Below are positions 25,901 through 34,804 of a stretch of 64,000 nucleotides of DNA, piece by piece. Origin of the DNA: Paraphysomonas bandaiensis (lineage: Eukaryota > Protista > Chrysophyceae); assembly GCA_965644295.1 (NCBI GenBank), contig CBFFRP010000291.1, positions 1-64,000 of the forward strand, written 5' to 3'. Position numbers and translations under genes: made by a program. Position 1 is the first letter of the stretch. The number at the start of each line of letters is the position of its first letter. The notes beneath the pieces are model-generated. The model had not been told where the DNA came from. It ran no database searches and saw only the letters and a program-made list of their open reading frames with translations.

Positions 25901-28900
25901 TTTTAACCTGTCCACTTCCATTACCTATACCCTTTCTCTCAACTATTTTACCCTTGGCGCCAAGTAGCAAATCCTGCTGAAACAGGAAAAGAATACGGCG
26001 ACCTCGTGCTTCATCAGATAGCATTGACATAGTTTGGATCTCTTTGACCACAGTTTCTCTAACAGATCGAATATCTGATAGCAATGGGCCCATTACACTT
26101 TTATTAGCTGCCATGAGGCTTCTCATTCGGCCAGTTGTACTAACGGGAACATCATCCATTTGTAGCAACTCTTTGGCCATTGATACATCGATTCCCCAAG
26201 CCATATCGAATTCTCGAAGTTGTTTTGGAGATAAACTAGCCCTATATTTGTCAATTTTGCTAATCATATCTATCAGTTCGTCACGAGGACTAACACCCAA
26301 CCCACCCGCTATAGTAGCTCGCTTCGAGATTTTGTCTTCCGAATTCTTTACACCAACTTGATTGTTCCGAAATTTGTTGCTAAACATAGCCATCCGTTTT
26401 GGTGCTTGAACCCCCTGTGTCCCTTGATGACGGCTGACATCACTATTTATCGGCACTACAGCTGATTCGTTCGAATTCTCCGTTGGCTTTGCCAGTATTT
26501 CAATTATGACGATCTCCAGAACAACGACTAGAGGAAGGCTCAACATAGCACACACAACAGCAACTATAAATATGGCTTGAGTACTGTCACTTGGTTCACG
26601 GAAATGGCAAGTTGAAGCCTCCGAATCAAAGTAGCACTTACTTTCGTGAGACGAAAAAGGTGACCGCTCTTCCAAGCACTCATTCTTGTTATCAATGCCT
26701 TTACAAGACCCATCATCAGGGTTCACAAGATTGTACAGCAACGCATTAAAAAACATGGTGGATATTACAGCACATACAAGAGAGAGAGCCCTCAGTACAC
26801 GAGGAAACTCCGGTGTGTAGTGGTACACCAAGCTGACCCAACGGTGGGACTGTTTCAGTTCTCGGATAAACACAGACACGAATGGCTCATTACGGAAAAT
26901 AGCAGGAAATATGGACTCTACAATTTCAACCTTGTCCTTTGCAGCTGGAGCGTTTAGTGGTCGCGCTGCACGGCCGTGAATATTCTGAGCTGCATTTTTC
27001 TTTATTTCCTCTTTCTTACTTACTTCATCATCTGCTTTATCACTGTAAAAAACCCCACAACACCCAAAGCATGCTATAAAACCCAGAGTCACGACCACTT
27101 TCCAACTACGAGTCACATCGCCCACAGTCAAATCACCTGCCGACCGCCACGTGGTCACAAAATCGTCCAGCACAAATTCTGTCATCGCAACGAATTGTGC
27201 GTTCACATACTCGGATCCACCAGAGGATGGCGGTGAACCAGAATTTGCAGCACCAGAAGGACAGATACAATTGACAGAAGTCAGAGACGACGATGCTATG
27301 TCCACTTCACAACTGCTGTCGACTACATCAACACCCACTACTCTGTTACATACAGGAACTAAGGTAGTCTTTGGGCAATGTATTTCAAATATTCCAGTGA
27401 CATTTTCGCAAACAAAAGTGTAATTTGATCCGTCCGGGCAATGATACACCTCACTCGTCTGAAATTTATCCTTCGTACAGACCGCCTCAATGATGGATTC
27501 GTTAAAGACAACTCCATAATCAACTGGCACTATGTTTTGAAGGGAAATATTCAATATTGACGAACTGTTTGTTCTATTCGTCTCCGAACTTGCACTTATA
27601 ATTGACAAGGGGTTGGCTGACAAACCTGGCGTTAAAGTGTCATACATTGCAGCATCAAACGATACCAAACAGTAGCCGCTTGTACTTGGTGCGATTGACG
27701 ACACATAAGAAGTTTCTTTTGATGCCAACAACTCTGCCGATGTTTGGGGTATTGAAAGCGTAAAATTATCAGATGAGTCCACTAATATTGCAGATATCCT
27801 TATCTTAGACTTCAGGGACTGGAACGTATACTCTCCCAATATCATGTCGCTTGAAATAACACCACAGAACTTTTCAAGCATATTAGACAACGATGTAATT
27901 ATGCCCGTTTTGTATTCTGTAGTTAGTACAGGGAAGTCATAAAAGTCTTGAAATCGGCTCACAGCATCAATGGCATTCAGTACTGCTTCAAGACCTTCCA
28001 CTGAAATGTCAACGTCAGATGCCGAGTCTAATATCACATGTATGGCTGACACTGCACAGTCTGCACCTCTCGAGCTCAGCTTAGTTGGGTCTATAGAAAG
28101 CGTACGCAATACTGCAATCCAGGACTGAATAGCTGATAGAGTGGCATCCTGCAATTGAGACAAGGTCTGCAATGCACACAGTATTGTTTCCTGGAGGCCA
28201 GTTTTATAAGCCATTTCTACTTCATCAATGGAGCAATCTGCACCGTAGTACCCCGGATCGCACACACATATTGCACTGCATGATGGCTCAGACAGAAGAC
28301 AAGAGTCTACCTCAAGACCTAGAGCCGTAACAACATATTGACATGTGCCCTTGTCCGAACACGAATTCACACACTGCTTCGAAACTGGGACACATATCTC
28401 CTGTTGACATTCCATAAATGGAAGACATGATTCATCCGTTGAACAAATATCTCCTTCGTGAACATCCTGATCAACCACACACATGCTGTTGTGATGACCG
28501 TACACTCCAATAAACTCATCTGATACACATGGTCCACAAGTGTGGGCTGTGGTTGAACAGGCCTGCCGATTCAATTGAGTACAATTCGGGGCACTAGCGC
28601 ATACCACAGCACTGGACACAGATGCATAGACTGATATTGCATTCTCTAGAGCATCCACATCATCCAGCATAATCAGCGTCTCAAATGTCTTCGTAACGTT
28701 GTCGACAGATACGGGCTCCATAGAGGGGTTAACAGTTACACTATACTCTCCTGTGCTATATGAGTCAAGCGAATCATAGGTCTGTAAACTGCATTTTAAT
28801 TCGTTATCCTTCGTGTCGGAGCCTCTTGGTAATATTGTTGTGGCGGACGCCTCTTCAGATTTGGAACCTACGACATGAATAGTGTTCTCAGGTGTCAAAT

Positions 28901-31900
28901 ATCCAAAGCGATATGTCAATGGGAGGTCAACATCGCTCCATAATGAGGCCGTAAACACAAAGTTATCCTTCAACTCTGTGCCAACCGAAGGGGAAACAGA
29001 AAAGGAGCCAGGCCTAGGAGGAGAATTGGTCAAAACACGAATAGATGAAGACGTTGTGTCTCCAGATCCATAAGTAAACGATAGTTTAAATATATACACA
29101 ATATTTCCAGAGAGACTGTTTGCTGAAATAGCCAGGTTTGAGGGAAAATTCACTGCTTCATTTGGAATGCTATAACGTGTAGGGGATGTCGTCGAAACTT
29201 TTAATGTATTAATACTTTCGTCATTTACCAGCCATTGTGCCAGTCCAGAGAAAGTACTAGTTATAGATGCCAAAACCTTCAGCTTAGTCGCAGGATTCAC
29301 TACACCCACGATGGGACTAACAGACACTATGGGAACTCCTGAACTAACTGTGGTTATCTTTATGGTTGTTTCATCAGACCGTAACCCACTGCTATCTGTG
29401 ACTGTCAGAGTTATGTAAAACAGTGTATTGATAGCTGTGATGAACGGTGGCCTAACTGACGCCAAGGCAGCATTTACTGATGATGGGTCGCTGTAATTGA
29501 ACACAGAGCTGCCACAAGGTACAAACACCGACCCAGGTGCGAGCGACACACAGCTCCAGTGGTAATGAATACTGCCAGATTCATCCAGCACATCGGGATC
29601 TTGACTTTCAGATGCATTCAGCACTAAGCTCTTCCCGATTTCCACAGCTCCTTCCAAGCCGCCAGAAAGAACAGCATTCAATGTAGATGGAAGAACTTCA
29701 ACTAGAATAGATTTCCTTCCTGCTTCCACGCCTAACGAATTCCTTATCACCACAGTAATTTCAACGCTCATCCCAACAGCAAGGGAATACGCTGGTAACA
29801 AAAACTTATTCGGTGACTTGGATGTGGAAACCATATTCGGCATCACCTCTCGCGATTTAGTATTCAAAACTGTCCATTCATACGTGGGCTTATAAAGAGT
29901 CAAAAATTCTGCAGACGTCTTATACAAGCAGGCATCATAAAACACTGACGCATAAACACTCAGAGTTTGATACCGACGCATAGTTCGTGACCTCGGACCC
30001 ACAATGCTGACGGACGGTGGGGCCGATCGCGCCACTTCGATTCGGTGTGTATCCGAGCCACATCTGCCCAGAAAGTTGCACAATGTGATCTCTATAGTGT
30101 ACACATTACTAGCTTTCAACAGTCCTATAGGTATAGCAGACGGTGGGTTCATGATGTATGAGGAGTTGAAAAAGAAGTTGATAGCATCAACATCAGCTGT
30201 CGTGCTACGTGCAGTGATACTGACTGTGGACCACGCACGCCCACCTGCACCAGTGGAAGACGTAAGATCAAGTGTGAACAGTGAACAATTACTGATTTTG
30301 GAAGGAGCAGTGACAACTACTTTAGGATAACCAGTAACAGCAGAAGTCACTGGTGTTGAACTGGGTGGTGAATGCTCCAGTGATGAGCAAATTGTGGTAT
30401 CGGCGTAAATGCATCTCCCTGTAATCACATTCGGCTGAATAGACACAATGTCACCAACGGTCAATGTGCTCAATGGACCGAGGGATATAGAAAGGCGGTA
30501 AGAGTTTTCCCAACTACAAGACGCCGATGACGCATGACTGAAGCTTAGAACTTGGTCGCAGGAAAAAGAAGTATCAATAAGGTCGCCTTTATTAGTCGGC
30601 GATGTAAACTTGACCAACAACAGTGATCCATCAGACACGAATCGCGCGTAACTGATAATGGGTGCAGGAGGGAGGTGGTATACGGGTAGCACATGAACAT
30701 TCTTACCGGACGGAAACGTGACCGCATATTCTTCACCAGATGATCCACTCAAAGTAATATTGAATTCATAGTTACCTTCCACATCAGCTACAAACATAAT
30801 AGTCTTTTCGAGCTCCGACAAACTCGAATTGGCTGTGTACTTTATTTCACTCGGAGTCAAAGCACTAGATGCGTTGAATGTTTGTAACCGACGATCATCG
30901 GAAGTATTGGTAAAGTTGGAGCCCATGTAAAAAGCGGACACAGTAACAGTCACATCTTGTGACGGAGGTGATTGTAATGATATAGTCATCACATCCGTCA
31001 CTTCACCAGCACCCGGCATGTAATCACTAACTACATCAGCTTCCAACCGGCGACAACATGGCATATTAACCCGTACTAAAGTGCTTCTAATATTAGCTTC
31101 GGACATCGCATCTCCATTGTAGGAAAATGTCGCGCAATATACGTGAACCTGGGCACCAGGAGGTACACCGTTGATACTTACGCTCGCCATACCGGATTGT
31201 GTGTGGGAAATAAAGCCATTCTGTCTAATAGACCACTGCGAGATGTACTCCGTCGACGATAATGCAGCACAATATACAATCCCATCCTCAGATAGCGTAA
31301 CATCTACCTTTAAAGAGTCCTCAGATGATATCGTGACATCCATTGTTAATATATTGGGGGCCAAGTCCCAATATATCTCTGCACTAGGATACTGACTAGG
31401 TGTGGCAGATGGTATCGAAGTAGGCAGCGTAGAGGGCACGCTGGATGGAATATATGACGGATAAGAAGAGGGTTCACATGAGGGAACGCTAGTGGGGAGT
31501 AATGTCGGATTGCCGCTCGGGGCATTGCTTGGACAGCCGCTAGGCTGTGAAGACGGGATCTCAGTTGGTGCTGTTGATGGTTGTGAAGTAGGCTTACTGG
31601 AAGGCTCACTGCTAGGTTCATATGATGGAGATGTTGAGGGAAATGATGTGGGTTCTCCAGATGGCAGACACGAAGGTATGCTGCTGGGCAGTCCAGTCGG
31701 TTGGGTGGAAGGGATAGTCGTCGGTAAAGCTGTGGGAAATGAGCTCGGTTTCGACGTAGGTTCATGCGATGGGCTTGCACTTGGAAAACTAGATGGTGAA
31801 CTCGACGGGACTCCCGTTGGGTACGATGTAGGTACACAAGATGGCTGACTGGTAGGTGAGTCCGAAGGCTGACCTGTGGGTATACTTGTTGGGTATGACG

Positions 31901-33980
31901 TGGGTTGCCTAGAAGGATCTCCTGTTGGTAGCCCAGATGGCCGATATGTGGGTACAGCAGTTGGGAATGAAGTAGGCAGCGAAGATGGCTGCTTCGTAGG
32001 AACACTGGTTGGGCATGTAGTGGGTTGCCCAGATGGTTCACCAGAAGGTACACTGGTTGGGTATGATGTGGGCTGCCCAGATGGTTCACTAGTTGGAGTA
32101 CTGGATGGAGGCGATGTAGGTAACCCAGATGGTTCACCAGTAGGTACACTGGTTGGGTATGACGTAGGTTGCCCAGATGGTTCACCAGTAGGTTCACCGG
32201 TTGGGTATGACGTAGGTTGCCCAGACGGTTCACCAGTAGGAACACTGGACGGAAGCGATGTAGGTAATCCAGATGGTTCACCAGTAGGTTCATCGGTTGG
32301 GTATGACGTAGGTTGCCCAGATGGATAGGACGAAGGCTGCCCAGATGGTTCACCAGAAGGTACACTGGTTGGGTATGACGTAGGTTGCCCAGATGGTTCA
32401 CCAGTAGGTTCACCGGTTGGGTATGACGTAGGTTGCCCAGACGGTTCACCAGTAGGAACACTGGACGGAAGCGATGTAGGTAATCCAGATGGTTCACCAG
32501 TAGGTTCATCGGTTGGGTATGACGTAGGTTGCCCAGATGGATAGGACGAAGGTTGCCCAGATGGCTGACCAGTGGGTCTACCAATTGGGAAAGAAGTAGG
32601 TTGCCCTGTAGGTATACCGGATGGCAATGAGCTAGGCACCCCACTTGGTTCACCAGATGGTTCTCCTGATGGCTGGCTAGTTGGCCATCCACTCGGTTGA
32701 CTTGTGGGCTCACCTGTCGGCTCTGGTGTTGGAAGACTAGTTGGTAATAAGCTAGGCACCCCACTTGGTTCACCAGATGGTTCTCCTGATGGCTGGCTAG
32801 TTGGCCACCCACTCGGTTGACTTGTAGGCTCACCTGTCGGCTCTGACGTTGGAAGACTAGTTGGTAATAAGCTAGGCACCCCACTTGGTTCACCAGATGG
32901 TTCTCCTGATGGCTGGCTAGTTGGCCACCCACTCGGTTGACTTGTAGGCTCACCTGTCGGCTCTGATGTTGGAAGGCTAATTGGTAATAAGCTAGGCACC
33001 CCACTTGGTTCACCAGATGGTTCTCCTGATGGCTGGCTAGTTGGCCATCCACTCGGTTGACTTGTAGGCTCACCTGTCGGCTCTGATGTTGGAAGACTAG
33101 TTGGTAATAAGCTAGGCACCCCACTTGGTTCACCAGATGGTTCTCCTGATGGCTGGCTAGTTGGCCATCCACTCGGTTGACTTGTAGGCTCACCTGTCGG
33201 CTCTGATGTTGGAAGACTAGTTGGTAATAAGCTAGGCACCCCACTTGGTTCACCAGATGGTTCTCCTGATGGCTGGCTAGTTGGCCATCCACTCGGTTGA
33301 CTTGTAGGCTCACCTGTTGGCTCTGACGTTGGAAGACAAGTTGGCAATAAGCTAGGCACCCCACTTGGTTCACTAGTAGGTTTTACTGAAGGTTCCGATG
33401 TCGGATCTCCAGTCGGGTTATTTGTTGGATGAGTGGTGGGAACAGAAGACGGATGGACATCGTTCGCTTCACACAAGTAAGCGTACTCTAAAGGACATCG
33501 GCGATCCCACCAATAGTGATTCCAGCCACTAAGGGAATCCAATACAGCACAATCTTCTTCTTGTGTAATTGCGTCATCGTCAAAATAGTATCCGTTGTTA
33601 GGTTGGTCCTCTCCCCACCTCGTGTATGTGGAAGACTTGTCTTCTACCCATATCCAATTACCCTCGTCATTGTAATCAGTGTAACCAATCCATATGGGAT
33701 AATAACCAGAATACGCGGCAGCGATAGCACTATTTAGAGACCGTGATGTAATCGTGACTAAATAAGACCCATCCGCTTCACATGCATCTCTCGCGTCAGC
33801 CCAGTTTAAGCTACTCGTGAAAAGTCTCAAGCAAGTGCCACCAACGACAGAATAATGAGGTGGACAAGATATATCCAGCGTTCTTATCGACAGTGATCGC
33901 GTTGTATTTTGGCTATGTGGTAGGGCACAAACGAGTGTCGTATACAGAGAAATGAATATAATGAGGTTAATAGCATTCAT
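22983..33980 (-). CDS. Giant polycystin-1/REJ-like membrane receptor A: signal peptide, C-type lectin head, PT/PS stalk, REJ region, EGF-like, GPS-like, ~8 TM, long acidic tail (3665 aa, intronless)
   Basis: CTL motifs (WADARDACEADGSYLVTI, WIGYTD, WGEDQPNN, EDCA), P-x-x-x repeats, REJ-like LVLNASESQDPD / YHWSC / NSPPRPGSFSVSP / WSDVDLPLTYRF, EGF CVCDPGYYGADC, PKD1-like HRWVSL...PRVLRALSL...MFFNALLY. Confidence 0.85.
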   Translation of the reverse strand: MNAINLIIFISLYTTLVCALPHSQNTTRSLSIRTLDISCPPHYSVVGGTCLRLFTSSLNWADARDACEADGSYLVTITSRSLNSAIAAAYSGYYPIWIGYTDYNDEGNWIWVEDKSSTYTRWGEDQPNNGYYFDDDAITQEEDCAVLDSLSGWNHYWWDRRCPLEYAYLCEANDVHPSSVPTTHPTNNPTGDPTSEPSVKPTSEPSGVPSLLPTCLPTSEPTGEPTSQPSGWPTSQPSGEPSGEPSGVPSLLPTSLPTSEPTGEPTSQPSGWPTSQPSGEPSGEPSGVPSLLPTSLPTSEPTGEPTSQPSGWPTSQPSGEPSGEPSGVPSLLPISLPTSEPTGEPTSQPSGWPTSQPSGEPSGEPSGVPSLLPTSLPTSEPTGEPTSQPSGWPTSQPSGEPSGEPSGVPSLLPTSLPTPEPTGEPTSQPSGWPTSQPSGEPSGEPSGVPSSLPSGIPTGQPTSFPIGRPTGQPSGQPSSYPSGQPTSYPTDEPTGEPSGLPTSLPSSVPTGEPSGQPTSYPTGEPTGEPSGQPTSYPTSVPSGEPSGQPSSYPSGQPTSYPTDEPTGEPSGLPTSLPSSVPTGEPSGQPTSYPTGEPTGEPSGQPTSYPTSVPTGEPSGLPTSPPSSTPTSEPSGQPTSYPTSVPSGEPSGQPTTCPTSVPTKQPSSLPTSFPTAVPTYRPSGLPTGDPSRQPTSYPTSIPTGQPSDSPTSQPSCVPTSYPTGVPSSSPSSFPSASPSHEPTSKPSSFPTALPTTIPSTQPTGLPSSIPSCLPSGEPTSFPSTSPSYEPSSEPSSKPTSQPSTAPTEIPSSQPSGCPSNAPSGNPTLLPTSVPSCEPSSYPSYIPSSVPSTLPTSIPSATPSQYPSAEIYWDLAPNILTMDVTISSEDSLKVDVTLSEDGIVYCAALSSTEYISQWSIRQNGFISHTQSGMASVSINGVPPGAQVHVYCATFSYNGDAMSEANIRSTLVRVNMPCCRRLEADVVSDYMPGAGEVTDVMTISLQSPPSQDVTVTVSAFYMGSNFTNTSDDRRLQTFNASSALTPSEIKYTANSSLSELEKTIMFVADVEGNYEFNITLSGSSGEEYAVTFPSGKNVHVLPVYHLPPAPIISYARFVSDGSLLLVKFTSPTNKGDLIDTSFSCDQVLSFSHASSASCSWENSYRLSISLGPLSTLTVGDIVSIQPNVITGRCIYADTTICSSLEHSPPSSTPVTSAVTGYPKVVVTAPSKISNCSLFTLDLTSSTGAGGRAWSTVSITARSTTADVDAINFFFNSSYIMNPPSAIPIGLLKASNVYTIEITLCNFLGRCGSDTHRIEVARSAPPSVSIVGPRSRTMRRYQTLSVYASVFYDACLYKTSAEFLTLYKPTYEWTVLNTKSREVMPNMVSTSKSPNKFLLPAYSLAVGMSVEITVVIRNSLGVEAGRKSILVEVLPSTLNAVLSGGLEGAVEIGKSLVLNASESQDPDVLDESGSIHYHWSCVSLAPGSVFVPCGSSVFNYSDPSSVNAALASVRPPFITAINTLFYITLTVTDSSGLRSDETTIKITTVSSGVPIVSVSPIVGVVNPATKLKVLASITSTFSGLAQWLVNDESINTLKVSTTSPTRYSIPNEAVNFPSNLAISANSLSGNIVYIFKLSFTYGSGDTTSSSIRVLTNSPPRPGSFSVSPSVGTELKDNFVFTASLWSDVDLPLTYRFGYLTPENTIHVVGSKSEEASATTILPRGSDTKDNELKCSLQTYDSLDSYSTGEYSVTVNPSMEPVSVDNVTKTFETLIMLDDVDALENAISVYASVSSAVVCASAPNCTQLNRQACSTTAHTCGPCVSDEFIGVYGHHNSMCVVDQDVHEGDICSTDESCLPFMECQQEICVPVSKQCVNSCSDKGTCQYVVTALGLEVDSCLLSEPSCSAICVCDPGYYGADCSIDEVEMAYKTGLQETILCALQTLSQLQDATLSAIQSWIAVLRTLSIDPTKLSSRGADCAVSAIHVILDSASDVDISVEGLEAVLNAIDAVSRFQDFYDFPVLTTEYKTGIITSLSNMLEKFCGVISSDMILGEYTFQSLKSKIRISAILVDSSDNFTLSIPQTSAELLASKETSYVSSIAPSTSGYCLVSFDAAMYDTLTPGLSANPLSIISASSETNRTNSSSILNISLQNIVPVDYGVVFNESIIEAVCTKDKFQTSEVYHCPDGSNYTFVCENVTGIFEIHCPKTTLVPVCNRVVGVDVVDSSCEVDIASSSLTSVNCICPSGAANSGSPPSSGGSEYVNAQFVAMTEFVLDDFVTTWRSAGDLTVGDVTRSWKVVVTLGFIACFGCCGVFYSDKADDEVSKKEEIKKNAAQNIHGRAARPLNAPAAKDKVEIVESIFPAIFRNEPFVSVFIRELKQSHRWVSLVYHYTPEFPRVLRALSLVCAVISTMFFNALLYNLVNPDDGSCKGIDNKNECLEERSPFSSHESKCYFDSEASTCHFREPSDSTQAIFIVAVVCAMLSLPLVVVLEIVIIEILAKPTENSNESAVVPINSDVSRHQGTQGVQAPKRMAMFSNKFRNNQVGVKNSEDKISKRATIAGGLGVSPRDELIDMISKIDKYRASLSPKQLREFDMAWGIDVSMAKELLQMDDVPVSTTGRMRSLMAANKSVMGPLLSDIRSVRETVVKEIQTMSMLSDEARGRRILFLFQQDLLLGAKGKIVERKGIGNGSGQVKTVSAYVKFMGWAFIILFNMALLFYVFLFALNQSENRQNAWLQSFLLWLFFEVVIVSTACMVISQMIIPSLIFSEVSRIKRNVVYAVENYKAKLVNQDSKEPSKDDDGQFNACDYLFVSTRVARGFPHLFESGVVMGFRTPLPKRTYRRDKSTANTYRGKLRVTAFINSMSVLLLFMFGLLMNLPAPMEQMFFSLVNWSLFGYIGLLHVVLFETNPGYVVVPLLIAIAIFGPIVYYNYRAIDRAHRLQAEQIEGKWYQDQRLSRCRPPFVSIDGDFALPDGKRRLLRSCSDLEKDMSPVAADTDEFNFEEQRARDIVIAMQKMVGEHDTGFGQLSGDEYDNDAQERRKQPKLRAILQSLGMMDRLRDLDLSDDDKDERKEGTLSSDNKVTLENSDLDSQSIHSLERFSSEEDTDTKRRHRPEEEIVGYMGHMVQEGQALFGATSDDFDNDETQESTKLAALLKKKGMMDKLFELSSSGEDDGEEAKQHREHRRTYRAARMTRLGRHMDKKSVVGDSSIQGPSLAATMGARKVIRNFRQRRQKGRPESEVVGYMKRMVRENEVELGEVLGEFDDELDRAESDRQGLHLASKLRTNGMLEKLYDLSSTSSDGDDSSESPKSGTNAVRRSGDRSLPNVHRPEDEVVSYMKRMVIEHDVTLGALSDEEVEQSDGAATPRKLPKLAAKLKADGMMDKLFELSSSSGEEVEGSSAGAHGAERRQLRKATRLARMSKRFGLPRDNMIAPQIFEISQPGSEQSDVVVECATEQDTKVSNLSACTDTGNEYLSIAAKRPLGILSNVPDNTLNSEYTIEMDSEAVSDGSAGLSSDIDDGDDFDMKVNILPPSPRRIFTGDSFRPVVVVRSQKSIDEEAESVLDAKKKFAMGLAGKDVSMKFRESDARSRLEQRLQNKKDKVTDTEEKYSSTETRGASMTSKDLVKKLTVNTTRHRMSMATRHDVAKLRLQGRLSNRKRNDKAK
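32631..33373 (-). repeat. Coding minisatellite, 120-bp (40-aa) unit x6, in the stalk of receptor A
   Basis: ccacttggttcaccagatgg recurs at 32641, 32761, 32881, 33001, 33121 and 33241. Confidence 0.95.
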
Positions 33981-34804
33981 CTGATATATATAGACTGATA
34001 TATAACCACAACAGAGTAATAAGAGGAATAACGCCTATGCTATACACAGCTATGCACTCTCCTCGACGGACAATTCAGTACAAACTGTACCATAAGATGA
34101 TACAGTAACCACTCTGATCAGAATTAAACACAGGCAGTATTAGAGATATGTAATTACCAATAGTATATATATACCCTCATAGACGAGAGACCGACACCAT
34201 CTACTGTGTGTGTATCTGCATATCGTCATCTTTTGGTATACAAACTGTCGTACTTTAGTAGGAATTCCAATCCACACTCTACCATACCATACCATACCAT
34301 TCCACGGCATACGCACTCAGAGTACAGTACGAAGTACCCGTTAACTGGGTTACCACCCCGTCAAAGTTCAACAAAAAGAATTTTAGAAAGGGAAGAAAAA
34401 ACAATGTGTCATTTTCAGTCTAATGTGGTCTTACAGTTAGTACGAGTAGCGAAATATCATATATTTTCGGGTTTACATTCATAGAAAATTGTAGTTTTTA
34501 GACATCTGTCGTGGAAATTAATATAGTTTTTATGACAAGAATATTTTTTCATATGTAATTTACTGCAGTGGTTAGAGGCGATGGCTGATATATGGTATGT
34601 AACATATAGATGTGAGTCAGATCGATAAGTGTTGTCTTAAAGCTCTGAATGACACCTGTATTGATATTGTTATAGCCTATCGCGAAACTGAAACAATGCC
34701 CTTATGGTACTAACCCTTACAATAGCCTCCTATAGCTAACTAAGCCTATAAACTGTTCATACCTTTAGTTCTATATTATTATTGTATACTTTCGAGGATT
34801 CACT
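33981..34804. promoter_or_regulatory. Putative shared bidirectional promoter of the two receptor genes
   Basis: 824-bp spacer between divergent ATGs (33980 minus, 34805 plus), containing TACAG/ATACC-rich tracts like other 5' regions in the window. Confidence 0.55.

Noticed and set aside
31346-33373. 675-aa alternative-frame ORF (also 36122-38053, 643 aa, and antisense 35787-37523, 578 aa)
   Set aside because: Shadow ORFs: stop-free frames arise automatically from tandem repeats of Pro/Thr/Ser codons, and they end where the repeats end.
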